From Pristiophorus japonicus (taxonomy: Eukaryota), in contig NC_091995.1 of the NCBI RefSeq assembly GCF_044704955.1, forward strand, positions 434,001-498,000: 64,000 nucleotides of DNA, written 5' to 3'. Each line of letters begins with the position of its first letter. The stretch's first letter is position 1. The notes under the pieces are model-generated. The model was not told where the DNA came from. It searched no databases and saw nothing but the letters and a program-made list of their open reading frames with translations. Positions 11,720-24,245 of this stretch are shown one piece after another. The translations under genes and the position numbers were made by a program.

Positions 11720-13790
11720 CCGGCATTTATATAGCGCCTTGCTCAACCGCCTAACTCCCACAGCCCTCGACAGCCAATCACGTCCTTGTGCAGTGTGCTC
11801 ACTGGTGTATTGTGGGTAACGCGGCAGTCAATCTGTGCACAGCAAGATCCCACACACAGCACTGTGACAATGGCCAGACAATCTGTTTGTGTTGTTGGTC
11901 GAGGGATCAATATTGTCCCAGGACACCGGGGAACTCTTCTTCAAATAGTGCCCTGGGATCTTTTACATCCACCCGAGAGGGCAGGGGCCCTCGGTTTAAC
12001 GTCTCATCCAAAACACAGCACCTCCGACAGTGCGGCACTCCCTCAGTACTGCCCCTCCGACACTGTGGCACTCCCTCAGTACTGCCCCTCCGACAGTGCA
12101 GCACTCCCTCAGCACTGCCCCTCCGACAGTGCGGTACTCCCTCAGTACTGCCCCTCCGACACTGTGGCACTCCCTCAGTACTGCCCCTCCGACAGTGCGG
12201 TACTCCCTCAGTACTGCCCCTCCGACAGTGCAGCACTCCCTCAGCACTGCCCCTCCGACAGTGCGGCGCTCCCTCAGTACTGCCCCTCCGACAGTGCGGT
12301 GCTCCCTCAGCACTGCCCCTCCGATAGTGCAGCACTCCCTCAGTACTGCCCCTCTGACAGTGCAGCACTCCCTCAGTACTGCCCCTCCGACAGTACGGCA
12401 CTCCCTCAGTACTGCCCCTCCGACAGTGCGGCACTCCCTCAGTACTGCCCCTCCGACAGTGCGGTGCTCCCTCAGTACTGCCCCTTTGACAGTGCGGCAC
12501 TCCCTCAGTACTGCCCCTCCGACAGTGCGGTGCTCCCTCAGTACTGCCCCTCCGACAGTGCGGCACTCCCTCAGTACTGCTCCCCCGACAGTGCGGCACT
12601 CCCTCAGTGCTGCCCCTCCGACAGTGCAACACTCCCTCAGTGCTGCCCCTCCGACAGTGCGGTGCTCCCTCAGTACTGCCCCTCCGACAGTGCGGTGCTC
12701 CCTCAGTACTGCCCCTCCGACAGTGCAACACTCCCTCAGTGCTGCCCCTCCGACAGTGCGGTGCTCCCTCAGTACTGCCCCTCCGACAGTGCAACACTCC
12801 CTCAGTGCTGCCCCTCCGACAGTGCGGTGCTCCCTCAGTACTGCCCCTTTGACAGTGCGGCACTCCCTCAGTATTGCCCCTCCGACAGTGCAGCACTCCC
12901 TCTGTACTGCCCCTCCGACAGTGCAGCACTCCCTCAGTACTGCCCCTCCGACAGTGCGGCGCTCCCTCAGTACTGCCCCTCCGACAGTGCGGCACTCCCT
13001 CAGTACTGCCCCTCCGACAGTGCGGCGCTCCCTCAGTACTGCCCCTCCGACAGTGCGGCACTCCCTCAGTATTGCCCCTCCGACAGTGCGGCGCTCCCTC
13101 AGTACTGCCCCTCCGACAGTGCGGCGCTCCCTCAGTACTGCCCCTCCGACAGTGCGGCACTCCCTCAGTACTGCCCCTCCGACAGTGCAGCGCTCCCTCA
13201 GTACTGCCCCTCCGACAGTGCGGCGCTCCCTCAGTACTGCCCCTCCGACAGTGAGGCACTCCCTCAGTACTGCCCCTCCGACAGTGCGGAGCTCCCTCAG
13301 TACTGCCCCTCCGACAGTGAGGCACTCCCTCAGTACTGCCCCTCCGACAGTGCGGCGCTCCCTCAGTACTGCCCCTCCGACAGTGAGGCACTCCCTCAGT
13401 ACTGCCCCTCCGACAGTGCGGCGCTCCCTCAGTACTACCCCTTCGACAGTGCGGTACTCCCTCAGTACTACCCCTCCGACAGTGCGGTACTCCCTCAGTA
13501 CTACCCCTCCGACAGTGCGGTACTCCCTCAGTACTACCCCTCCGACAGTGCGGCACTCCCTCAGCACTGCCCCTCCGACAGTGCGGCGCTCCCTCAGTAC
13601 TGCCCCTCCGACAGTGCGGCACTCCCTCAGTACTGCCCCTCCGACAGTGCGGTACTCCCTCAGTACTGCCCCTCCGACAGTGCGGTACTCCCTCAGTACT
13701 GCACTGGATTTATGTGGTCCTGTCCCTGGAGTGGGACCTGAACCTCCTGACTCAGAGGTGAGACTGCCACCGAGTGACACACAGCAGACT
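11720..13790 (-). mobile_element. DeuSINE (SacSINE1/AmnSINE-like) with internal 33-bp array (~51 copies, 12020-13700)
   Basis: tRNA-like head at ~13700-13780; Deu domain (GGATGAGACGTTAAACCGAGG...) at 11900-12015; AAGGCGCTATATAAATG tail at ~11725-11740. Confidence 0.8.
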
Positions 13791-13934
13791 TAAAACTATC
13801 GAATGATACAGTACTGAAGGGGGCCGTTCAGCCCCCTGCTTCCAGATCTCGCCAGCCTTGTGCAACAGCTGGCAAACCTGAGGTTGTCGGGGGATTGATT
13901 TTACACATTCCGGTTCATTTTAGAATCTTTTTAA

Positions 13935-14385
13935 TAGAATCCTAAAATCCGAGAAAGGTTACAGCACAGCAGGAGGCCATTCGGCCCGTCCAGCCCGTGC
14001 TGGCTCTCGGTAAGAGCACTCGGCCAGTCCCACTCCCCCGCCCTTTCCCCGTAGCCCAGCAAATCTTTTTCCTTCAGGTATTTATCCAACTCCCCTTTGA
14101 AAGCCACGATCGAGTCTGCCTCCCTCACCCTCTCAGGCCGTGCATTCCAGATCCTAAACACTCGCTGCGTGAAATGTTTTTCATGTCGCCTTTTGCCAAT
14201 CACCTTAAACCTGTGTCCCTCTGGTTCCCGACCCTTCCACCAATGGGAACAGTCTCTCGCGATCGACTCTGTCCAGACCCCTCATGATTTTGAACATCTC
14301 GATCAAATCTCCTCTCAACCTTCTCTGCTCCCAGGAGAACAACCCCAGCTTCTCCAGTCTATCCACGGAACTGAAGTCCCTCATC
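13935..14385 (-). mobile_element. CR1 LINE 3' fragment
   Basis: LEKLGLFSWEQRRLRGDLIE...GYGERAGEWD. Confidence 0.85.
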
Positions 14386-14564
14386 CGTAAAGGTTGATAA
14401 ATTTTAAATCTGTACAATAAAACCCATTTTGAGCGAATTTAGATGCGGTATCTGAAGTTGAACATTAAGATTCTGTCAATTGGATGAAAATTGCCAGATA
14501 CCTAACGCAGTTCATGCGCAATTAGTATGACATTGAAGACGGAATTAATTGACGATATCTCAGT

Positions 14565-15290
14565 TACACGTTGGTGGTATTTCTCCAGCGACTTGAGATG
14601 TCTACTGTACATGGTCCATGTCTCTGAGCCATACAGGAGGGCGGGTATTACTACAGCCCTGTAGACCATGAGCTTGGTGGTAGATTTGAGGGCCTGGTCT
14701 TCAAACACTCTTTTCCTCAGGCAGCTGAAGGATGTCTCCGCAAGATCCTACAAATCCCCTGGGAGGACAGACGCACCAACGTTAGCGTCCTCGACCAGGC
14801 CAACATCCCCAGCATTGAAGCACTGACCGCACTCGACCAGCTCCGCTGGGCAGGTCACATTGGCCGCATGCCCCGACACGAGACTCCCAAAGCAAGCGTT
14901 CTACTCTGAACTCCTTCACGGCAAACGAGCCCCAGGTGGGCAGAGGAAACGTTACAGGGACACCCTCAAAGCCTCCCTGATAAAGTGCACCATCCCCACC
15001 GACACCTGGGAGTCCCTGGCCAAAGACCGCCCTAAGTGGAGGAAGTGCATCCGGGAGGGCGCTGAGCACCTCGAGTCTCGTCGCCGAGAGCATGCAGAAA
15101 CCAAGCGCAGGCAGCGGAAGGAGCGTGCGGCAAACCAGTCCCACCCTCCCCTTCCCTCAACCACTGTCTGTCCCACCTGTGACAGGGACTGTGGCTCCCG
15201 TATTGGACTGTTCAGTCACCTAAGGACTCATGCTTAGAGTGGAAGCAAATCTTCCTCGATCCCGAGGGACTGCCTGTGATAATAATGATG
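14565..15290 (+). mobile_element. RTE LINE 3' end with inverted 5' segment
   Basis: 14569-14730 is the reverse complement of the sequence that precedes 14731 in the intact copy at 23525-23690. (TGA/TAA)n tail. Confidence 0.85.
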
Positions 15291-15527
15291 ACACTCCCAA
15301 CACTCTCAAAAAGAAACAAGCAAGGGAACACACACGCAAACACTTTGTTCACTGTAAGTGTAAATGATTCAACAAATCCTGAGTCGATGTAACAGCAGAG
15401 AAATTTAATAACAATAGTAATTTCGAGTCAGTGGAGATGGTTGCAGCTCCATGAAAGTTGTCAGGAAGCCAAGCAGCCAAGTGCTCCAAACAATGGTCGA
15501 TCACGCTGGTGGGGTGCGTTTGCGGGC

Positions 15528-15620
15528 TCAGAAGGGCCACTGGGGGGGTTGGGTCAGCTCGCTCTCCCAAACTCTGTGTCCATTGGGATTGTGATCCAGG
15601 AGCCACTGTGCCAGCCAGAT
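15528..15620 (-). CDS. NME5: NME5-like, last coding exon (end of Dpy-30 domain)
   Basis: cctgtcacag|ATC acceptor; IWLAQWLLDHNPN...WPF*. Candidate ATTAAA polyA signal at 15404-15409 (-). Confidence 0.85.
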   Translation of the reverse strand: MWLAQWLLDHNPNGHRVWESELTQPPQWPF

Positions 15621-15894
15621 CTGTGACAGGGAAGTGAAACCACGCAGTGTGAGAAGCTTGAGACCATCGATAAACATTTTGCGTCTGCTGTGTGTTTCCC
15701 ATGTCATCAAGCTCAAACGTGCACAGACACCACAAAGCATAAGAATATATTCCTGCAGGACACAAATAGCTGAGGATCGTCTGATAATGTTTACACCACT
15801 AAAATACGGCTTTGAGCAGGGAAACTGGATTGGACATCACCAAGGTCCAGGTCGGTGATTGGAGCGTGGGGCAGGTCTGGGCAAAGCACGTCTG

Positions 15895-17023
15895 GCCGCA
15901 GTTGTACAGGGCCTTGGTGAGAGCACTCTGAGTATTGTGTTCAGTTTTGGTCTCCTAATCTGAGGAAGGACGTTCTTGTTATTGAGGGAGTGCAGCGAAG
16001 GTTCACCAGACTGATTCCCGGGATGGCCTTCATCTAACTCCTTTTTGAATATATTTAGTGAATTAGCCTCAACAACTCTCTGTGGTAGAGAATTCCACAG
16101 GTTCACCACTCTCTGGGTGAAGAAGTTTCTCCTCATCTCGGTCCTAAATGGCTTACCCCTTATCCTTAGATTGTGACCCCTGGTTCTGGACTTCCCCAAC
16201 ATTGAGAACATTCTTCCTGCATCTAACCTGTCCAGTCCCGTCAGAATTTAAAACGTTTCTATGAGATCCCCTCTCATTCTTCTGAACTCCAGTGAATACA
16301 AGCCCAGTTGATCCAATCTTTCTTGAGATGTCAGTCCCGCCATCCTGGGAATCAGTCTGGCGAACCTTCGCTGCACTCCCTCAATAGCAAAAATGTCCTT
16401 CCTCAGGTTAGGAGACCAAAACTGTACACAATACTCCAGGTGTGGCCTCACCAAGGCCCTGTACAACTGTAGCAACACCTCCCTGCCCCTGTACTCAAAT
16501 CCCCTCGCTATGAAGGCCAACATGCCATTTGCTTTCTTAACCGCCTGCTGTACCTGCATGCCAACCTTCAATGACTGATGTACCACGACACCCAGGTCTC
16601 TTTGCACCTACCCTTTTCCTAATCTGTCACCATTCAGATAATAGTCTGTCTCTCTGTTTTTACCACCAAAGTGGATAACCTCACATTTATCCACATTATA
16701 CTTCATCTGCCAGAACCAGGGGACAGAGTCTAAGGATAAGGGGTAGGTCATTTAGGACCGAGATGAGGAGAAACTTCTTCACCCAGAGAGTTGTGAACCT
16801 GTGGAATTCCCTGCCGCAGAGAGTTGTTGATGCCAGTTCATTGGATATATTCAAGAAGGAGTTAGATATGGCCCTTACGGCTAAAGGGATCAAGGGGTAT
16901 GGAGAGAAAGCAGGAAAGGGGTACTGAGGGAATGATCAGCCATGATCATATCGAATGGTGGTGCAGGCTCGAAGGGCCGAATGGCCTACTCCTGCACCTA
17001 TTTTCTATGTTTCTATGTTTCTA
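15895..17023. mobile_element. Mosaic of CR1 fragments in both orientations
   Basis: + 15895-16028, - 16029-16247, - 16248-16710, + 16710-17023 ending in a (TTTCTATG)n tail. Confidence 0.85.
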
Positions 17024-17224
17024 TAAACATTTTGCGTCTGCTGTGTGTTTTCCATGTCATCAAGCTCAAACGTGCATGAACACCACAAAGCATAAGAATA
17101 TATTCCTGCAGGACACAAATAGCTGAGGATCGTCTGATAATGTTTACACCACTAAAATACGGCTTTGAGGAGGGAGACTGGATTGGACATCACCAAGGTC
17201 CAGGTCGGTGATTGGAGCGCGGGA

Positions 17225-18337
17225 CAGGTACAGCAGGAGCGGCGAGAGATCGCGGAGTGATGTAATCTGGGCCTAGGAGAGGCGAGAGTTCGGGGCCCAG
17301 GAGAGGCGAGAGTTCGGGGCCCAGGAGAGGCGAGAGTTCGGGGCCTAGGAGAGGCGAGAGTTCGGGGCCCAGGAGAGGCGTGAGTTAGGGGCCCAGGAGA
17401 GGTGCGAGTTAGGGGCCCAGGAGAGGTGCGAGTTAGGGGCCCAGGAGAGGCGAGGGTTCGGGGCCTAGGAGAGGCGAGGGTTCGGGGCCCAGGAGAGGCG
17501 AGGGTTCGGGGGCCAGGAGAGGCGAGAGTTCGGGGCCCAGGAGAGGCGAGGGTTCGGGGCCCAGGAGAGGCGAGAGTTCGGGGCCCAGGAGAGGCGAGAG
17601 TTCGGGGCCCAGGAGAGGCGAGAGTTCGGGGCCCAGGAGAGGCGAGAGTTCGGGGCCCAGGAGAGGCGAGAGTTCGGGGCCCAGGAGAGGCGAGAGTTCG
17701 GGGCCCAGGAGAGGCGAGAGTTCGGGGCCCAGGAGAGGCGAGAGTTCGGGGCCCAGGAGAGGCGAGAGTTCGGGGCCCAGGAGAGGCGAGAGTTCGGGGC
17801 CCAGGAGAGGCGAGAGTTCGGGGCCCAGGAGAGGCGAGAGTTCGGGGCCCAGGAGAGGCGGGAGTTCGGGGGCCAGGAGAGGCGAGAGTTCGGGGCCCAG
17901 GAGAGGCGAGAGTTCGGGGCCCAGGAGAGGCGAGAGTTCGGGGCCCAGGAGAGGTGAGAGTTCGGGGCCCAGGAGAGGCGAGAGTTCGGGGCCCAGGAGA
18001 GGCGAGAGTTCGGGGCCCAGGAGAGGCGAGGGGTAGCACGGACCAGCCCACACTGCGATGTGGGCACACTGGGTCCGTGCAGCAGAGCTGGTCTCCAGGG
18101 GTCCTGGTTAACCCTTGCCCCTGGACCCAGACCTAGCTCTGTCAAGCCCGTGTGGTGGCTGGTGTGCAACGGTCACCCCACGTTAAACAAATCTACGCAC
18201 AGGCATCTTCCACCCTTCAGGATGTAGTTCGGGATCTGGAATATCTCGTCCTTCACTGAAACACCTGTGAACTCATCCGTTTTTGCCGTGGAAGCAAGTC
18301 ATCCTCGCCTCGAGGGACTGCCGATGATGATGTTGAT
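17225..18337 (+). mobile_element. Non-autonomous element with RTE-type 3' tail, carrying a 24-bp array (~31 copies, 17275-18030)
   Basis: Unit GGCGAGAGTTCGGGGCCCAGGAGA. 3' end GTGGAAGCAAGTCATCCTCG..CGAGGGACTGCC.ATGATGATG matches the RTE tails in this window. Confidence 0.7.
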
Positions 18338-18477
18338 GTGTCCTGGGAAACCTCAGAGACTGAACTCGTGCTTGGATCTCGAGTGGCTTCTCATAGCATG
18401 GCCCAGGGCCCAGACGCTCTCACACTGTAACTGGCCTCAGCTCCCGCAGCTTATCAGAACAGAATCATGGAATTGTA

Positions 18478-19040
18478 CATAAGAATATAAGAAATAGGAG
18501 CAGGAGTCGGCCATTCGGCCCCTCGAGCCTGCTCCACCATTTAATACGATCATGGCTGATCCGATCATGGACTCAGCTCCACTTCCCTGCCCGCTCCCCA
18601 TAACCCTTCACTCCCTTATCGGTTAAGAAACTGTCTATCTCTGTCTTAAATATATTCAATGTCCCAGCTTCCACAGCTCTGAGGCAGAGAATTCCACAGA
18701 TTTACAACCCTCTGAGAGAAGAAATTCCTCCTCATCTCAGTTTTAAATGGGCGGCCCCTTATTCTAAGACCATGCCCCCTAGTTCTAGTCTCCCCCATCA
18801 GTGGGAACATCCTCTCTGCATCCACCTTGTCAAGCCCCCTCATAATCTGATACGTTTCGATAAGATCACCTCTCATTCTTCTGAATTCCAATGAGTAGAG
18901 GCCCAACCTCCTCAACCTTTCCTCATAAGTCAACCCCCTCATCCCCGGAATCAACCGAGTGAACCTTCTCTGAACTGCCTCCAAAACAAGTATATCCTTT
19001 CGTAAATATGGAAACCAAAACTGCACGCAGTATTCCAGGT
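18478..19040 (-). mobile_element. CR1 LINE 3' fragment
   Basis: QFWFPYLRKD...WNSLPQ plus 3' UTR. Confidence 0.9.
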
Positions 19041-19042
19041 AT

Positions 19043-21025
19043 ACAACAACAACTTGTATTTATATAGCGCCTTTAATGTAGTAAAATGTCCCAAGATGCT
19101 TCACAGCAGCGTTACAGACAAACAGATAAAATTTGACCCCGAGCCACATAAGTAGAAATTAACGCAGGTGACCAAAAGCTGGGTCACAGAGGGAGGGTTT
19201 AAGGAGTGTCTTGGAGGAGGGAAGAGAGGGAGAGAGGAGGAGAGGTTTAGGGAGGGAGTTCCAGAGCTTGGGGCCCAGGCAGCTGAAGGTACGGCCACCG
19301 ATTGTGGAGCGATTATAATCAGGGATGGTCAGGAGGGCAGAATTAGAGGAGCGCAGAGATCTCGGGGGTTGTGGGGCTGGAGGAGGTTACAGAGATAGGG
19401 AGGGGTGTAGGGGCTGGAGGAGGTTACAGAGATAGGGAAGGCTGTAGGGGCTGGAGGAGGTTACAGAGACAGAGGGGCAAGGGCCACGGAGGGATTTGTA
19501 ACAGAGGATGAGAATTTTGAAATCGAGGTGTTGTTTAACCAGGAGCCAATGTAGGTCAGTGAGCACAGGGGGTGATGGGTGAGTGAGACTTGGTGCGAGT
19601 TAGGACACGGAGTCAGTGAGCACATGGGGTGATGGGTGAGTGGGACTGGGTGCGAGTTAAGACATGGGTCAGTGAGCACAGGGGGTGATGGTTGAGCGGG
19701 ACTGTGTGTGAGTTAGGACACGGGTCAGTGAGCACAGGGGGTGATGGGTGAGCGGGACTGGGTGCGAGTTAGGACACGGGGGCAGTGAGCACAGGGGGTG
19801 ATGGGTGAGTGGGACTCGGTGTGAGTTAGGACACGGAGTCAGTGAGCACAGGGGGTGATGGGTGAGTGGGACTGGGTGCGAGTTAAGACATGGGTCAGTG
19901 AGCACAGGGGGTGATGGTTGAGCGGGACTGTGTGCGAGTTAGGACACGGGTCAGTGAGCACAGGGGGTGATGGGTGAGCGGGACTGGGTGCGAGTTAGGA
20001 CACGGGGGCAGTGAGCACAGGGGGTGATGGGTGAGTGGGACTCGGTGCGAGTTAGGACACAGGGCAGTGAGCTCAGGGGGTGATGGGTGAGTGGGACTGG
20101 GTGTGAGTTAGGACACGGGGCAGTGAGCACAGGGGGTGATGGGTGAGTGGGACTCGGTGTGAGTTAGGACACGGGGGCAGTGAGCACAGGGGGTGATGGG
20201 TGAGCGGGACTTGGTGCGAGTTAGGACATGGGTCAGTGAACACAGGGGGTGATGGGTGAGTGGGACTGGGTGTGAGTTAGGACACGGGGCAGTGAGCACA
20301 GGGGGTGATGGGTGAGTGGGACTGGGTGTGAGTTAGGACACGGGGACACAGGGGGTGATGGGTGAGTGGGACTCGGTGCGAGTTAGGACACAGGGCAGTG
20401 AGCTCAGGGGGTGATGGGTGAGTGGGACTGGGTGTGAGTTAGGACACGGGGGCAGTGAGCACAGGGGGTGATGGGTGAGTGGGACTCGGTGCGAGTTAGG
20501 ACACAGGGCAGTGAGCTCAGGGGGTGATGGGTGAGTGGGACTGGGTGTGAGTTAGGACACGGGGGCAGTGAGCACAGGGGGTGATGGGTGAGTGGGACTC
20601 GGTGCGAGTTAGGACACAGGGCAGTGAGCACAGGGGGTGATGGGTGAGCGGGACTGGGTGCGAGTTAGGACACGGGGGCAGCCGAGTTTTGGATCACCTC
20701 TAGTTTACGTCGGGTAGAATGTGGGAGGCCGGCCAGGAGAGTGTTGGAATGGTCAAGTCCGGAGGTAACAGAGGCATGGGTGAGGGTTTCAGCAGTGGAT
20801 GAGCTGAGGCAAGGGGTGTAGACTGGCGATGTTACACAGTTTCCACGTGTACACTGATGACACCCAGCTCTACCTCACCCCCATTGTGTTCGGTCCCCAT
20901 CATAAACTGCGTTCCCTAGCCACCGAGTCTGTCCCTCTCCCCAGCATCTATCTGAGGCTAAACCAGACTGTTTGCAACCTTGGCTTCATATCTGACCCTG
21001 AAATCAGCTTCCGGCCACATATCCT
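19043..21025 (-). mobile_element. L2-type LINE 3' region with internal ~56-57-bp array (~20 copies, 19557-20680)
   Basis: Minus strand reads IQNSAA.(R)VLTRT(K)S.SPITP...FKILIL, typical of the L2 ORF2 C-terminus. AAAGGCGCTATATAAATACAAG(TTG)n tail. A YTDDTQLY fragment lies at 20850-20875 in + orientation. Confidence 0.75.
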
Positions 21026-21059
21026 CATAAGAACATATGAATTAGGAGTCGGCCATTTG

Positions 21060-21750
21060 GCTGGGGAGTCTAGAACCAGGGGTCACAGTCTCAGACTCAG
21101 GGGTCGGCCATTTAGGACTGAGATGAGGAGAAACTTCTTCACTCAGAGGGGGGTGAATCTCTGGAATTCTCTGCCCCAGAGGGCTGTGGAGACTCAGTCG
21201 TTGAGTATATTCAAGGCTCAGATCGATAGATTTTTGGGCACTAAGAGAATATGGGGATTGGCAGTAAAATAAGAAACATAAGAATTAGGAGCAGGAGCAG
21301 GCCATTCGGCCCCTCGAGCCTGCTCCACCATTCAGTGAGATCATGGCTGATCTTCCACCTCAACTCCACTTTCCTGCACTGTCCCCAAATCCCTTGATTT
21401 CCATAATATCCAAAAATCTATCGATCTCTGCCTTGAATATACTCAGCGACTGAGCCTCCACAGCCCTCTGGGGCAGAGAATTCCAGAGATTCACCACCCT
21501 CAGTGAAGACATTCCTCCTCATCTCAGTCCCAAATGGCCGACCCCTTATCCTGAGATTGTGACCCCTGGTTCCAGACTCCCCAGCCCGGGAGGGAACACC
21601 CTCCCTGCATCTACTCGGTCAATCCCCGTAAGGATTTTGTATGTTTCAATGAGATCACTAAACTCTTCTAAACGCTACAGAATACAGGCCCAGTCTACTC
21701 AATCTCTCCTCATCCCAGGAATCAGTCTGGTGAACCTTTGCTGCACTTTC
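21060..21750. mobile_element. Tail-to-tail CR1 foldback composite, copy 1
   Basis: + CR1 3' piece joined at GGATTGGCAGTAAAATAAGAAACATAA to a - CR1 3' end. The same junction recurs at ~45650. Confidence 0.8.
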
Positions 21751-22284
21751 ATTACGGCAATTGAGGGGGCCATTTGAACGTAAGAACATAAGAATTAGGA
21801 ACAGGAGTAGGCCATCTAGCCCCTCGAGCCTGCTCCGCTTTGAGGGGGCTGTGTCGGCTCTTTGAAAGAGCTGTTGAGTTTAGGGGACACAGATTTAAGG
21901 TGATTGGTTAAAGACACAGCGGGTGCATTATTTACGCAGCGAGTTGTGACGATCTGGAACACGAGGCCTGAGAGGGCGCTGGGAGCTGAGTCAATCGTCC
22001 CGGGAATTGGCTATATACTTGGAGGGGAACGAGTTACAGGGCTCTGGGGAAAGGGGCAAGGTAGTGCAATTTATTGACTAGCTCAAGCACAGGCATGGTG
22101 GGCTGAATGTGTTCCTTCTGTGCTCTATCATCCTAGCCTCTATGTAACAAAGATATTCATCGCCTTCCATATAAGTAAATATTTAACGGATATCATTGCA
22201 CCTAACTGCCCCCCCACCCCAGGCACCCACCCTAGGCACCCACCCCCAGGCACCCACCCTCCCTACACCCCTCACCCATTCCCC

Positions 22285-22517
22285 TGCCATGTATCCTACA
22301 TGGCCACTGTTGGTACTATGTCAAGGTGTTCCACCAGAGGGCACTGCAGTGGGAGACTTGTAGGTTACCTGTACAGGTGTGCTTGGCCTAGTATAAAAGG
22401 CAGGCCACCAGGTGTGATCCTCACTCTGGAGTTACCAATAAAGGACGAAGGTCTCTACAGGTCAAGTACAATACACTGCCTGGTGGAGTCATTGTTAGAG
22501 CAGCCAAGGACACAACA
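22285..22517 (+). mobile_element. Solo LTR
   Basis: TG...CA ends with CCCC flanks, TATAAAAG at ~22393, AATAAA at ~22437. Related to the LTR at 33396-33661. Confidence 0.7.
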
Positions 22518-22539
22518 CCCCCCACCAGCCACACCCCCC

Positions 22540-22808
22540 TCGCCCGCTCTCCCCACCCCAGGCATTCGCCCCCCACCCCTCGCCCGCTGCCCCACATGCT
22601 CCCCCCCCCCCACCCCTCGCCCGCTGTCCCCACCCATGCTCCCCCCCCCCACCCCTCGCCCGCTGCCCCACCCATGCTCCCCCCCCCCCCCACCCCTCGC
22701 CCGCTGCCCCACCCATGCTCCCCCCCCACCCCTCGCCCGCTGCCCCACCCATGCTCCCCCCCCCCCCCACCCCTCGCCCGCTGCCCCACCCATGCTCCCC
22801 CCCCCCCA
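22540..22808. repeat. C-rich ~40-bp minisatellite next to the NME5 exon-4 donor
   Basis: About 6 copies of CCCCTCGCCCGCTGCCCCACCCATGCT(C)nA. Confidence 0.9.
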
Positions 22809-22824
22809 CTCGACAGGTACTTAC

Positions 22825-22943
22825 AATCGGCTCGGCTGGCTTCTGTTTGCACAATTCAGTCAGGCCTCTGAGCAATGTGGGATTGACATACTTACTCAGG
22901 TAGTCCTCCGCAGCCTGGCCCGCTGGAAATGGCTCGATGGTAA
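22825..22943 (-). CDS. NME5: NME5-like, coding exon 4 (Dpy-30 domain)
   Basis: 119 nt; VTIEPFPAGQAAEDYLSKYVNPTLLRGLTELCKQKPAEPI; cag| acceptor and |gtaagt donor. Confidence 0.92.
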
Positions 22944-23484
22944 CTGTAGGCGTTTGGAAAACACAGAGCAAGTAGTATCCAGCATGTCCCTCCAACAGCA
23001 CGCTAACACCATTTCATGGACCTTCCTAAAGCTTCACCTTTGAAATTCTTCTTCAATTCCTTCATTTGTTAACTTCAAGAAATAAATTAGGCCTCCCCGC
23101 CCCCCTCCCCCCACCCCCCCTCCCCCCACCCCCTCCCCCTCCCGCCCCCATCCCCCCACCCCCTCTCCCCCATCCCCCCTCCCCACCCCCCCACCNNNNN
23201 NNNNNNNNNNNNNNNNNNNNNNNNNNNNNNNNNNNNNNNNNNNNNNNNNNNNNNNNNNNNNNNNNNNNNNNNNNNNNNNNNNNNNNNNNNNNNNNNNNNN
23301 NNNNNNNNNNNNNNNNNNNNNNNNNNNNNNNNNNNNNNNNNNNNNNNNNNNNNNNNNNNNNNNNNNNNNNNNNNNNNNNNNNNNNNNNNNNNNNNCTCGC
23401 CCTGGTGTACTCTACAGTGGAGCACTGCTCTCCGGCATGGCTATCCAGTCTGCAGGTCAAATCCGCTGATGTCCAGCTGAATCT

Positions 23485-24245
23485 GACGACGAGATCCAAC
23501 ACCGCCTCCAGTGCGCCAGTGCAGCCTTCGGCCGCCTGAGGAAAAGAGTGTTTGAAGACCAGGCCCTCAAATCCACCAGCGAGCTCATGGTCTACAGGGC
23601 TGTAGTAATACCCGCCCTCCTGTATGTCTCAGAGACATGGACCATGTACAGTAGACACCTCAAGTCGCTGGAGAAATACCACCAACGATGTCTCCGCAAG
23701 ATCCTACAAATCCCCTGGGAGGACAGACGCACCAACGTTAGTGTCCTCGACCAGGCCAACATCCCCAGCATCGAAGCACTGACCACACTCGACCAGCTCC
23801 GCTGGGCAGGCCACATTGTCCACATGTCAGTCACGAGACTCCCAAAGCAAGCGCTCTACTCGGAACTCCTTCACGGCAAACGAACCAAAAGTGGGCAGAG
23901 GAAACGTTACAGGGACACCCTCAAAGCCTCCCTGATAAAGTGCAACATCCCCACCGACACCTGGGAGTCCCTGGCCAAAGACCGCCCTAAGTGGAGGAAG
24001 TGCATCCGGGAGGGCGCTGAGCACCTCGAGTCTCGTCGCCGGGAGCATGCAGAAACCAAGCGCAGACAGCGGAAGGAGCGTGCGGCAAACCAGTCCCACC
24101 CTCCCCTTCCCTCAACCACTGTCTGTCCCACCTGTGACAGGGACTGTGGCTCTCGTATTGGACTGTTCAGCCACCTAAGGACTCACTTTTAGAGTGGAAG
24201 CAAGTCTTCCTCGATCCCGAGGGACTGCCTACGATGCTGGTGATG
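23485..24245 (+). mobile_element. RTE LINE 3' fragment
   Basis: ORF 23548-24192: KLMVYRAVV..LLY.SETWT...QLRWAGHI...SHLRTHF. Confidence 0.9.

Noticed and set aside
12020-13700. CRISPR-like appearance of 33-bp partly palindromic repeats
   Set aside because: Units are head-to-tail with no unique spacers, there are no cas genes, and the context is vertebrate.
11786-13793. Long ORFs (570-770 aa) on both strands here and at 30608-32523 and 54549-56901
   Set aside because: Artefacts of a 33-bp unit (a multiple of 3, stop-free in several frames) inside SINEs; the latter two lie in introns of real genes.
23196-23395. 200-N gap as a possible misjoin
   Set aside because: NME5 exon order, strand and phase are consistent across it.
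23548-24192. Apparent C2H2 zinc-finger gene
   Set aside because: It is the C-terminus of the RTE LINE ORF, repeated in many copies across the window.
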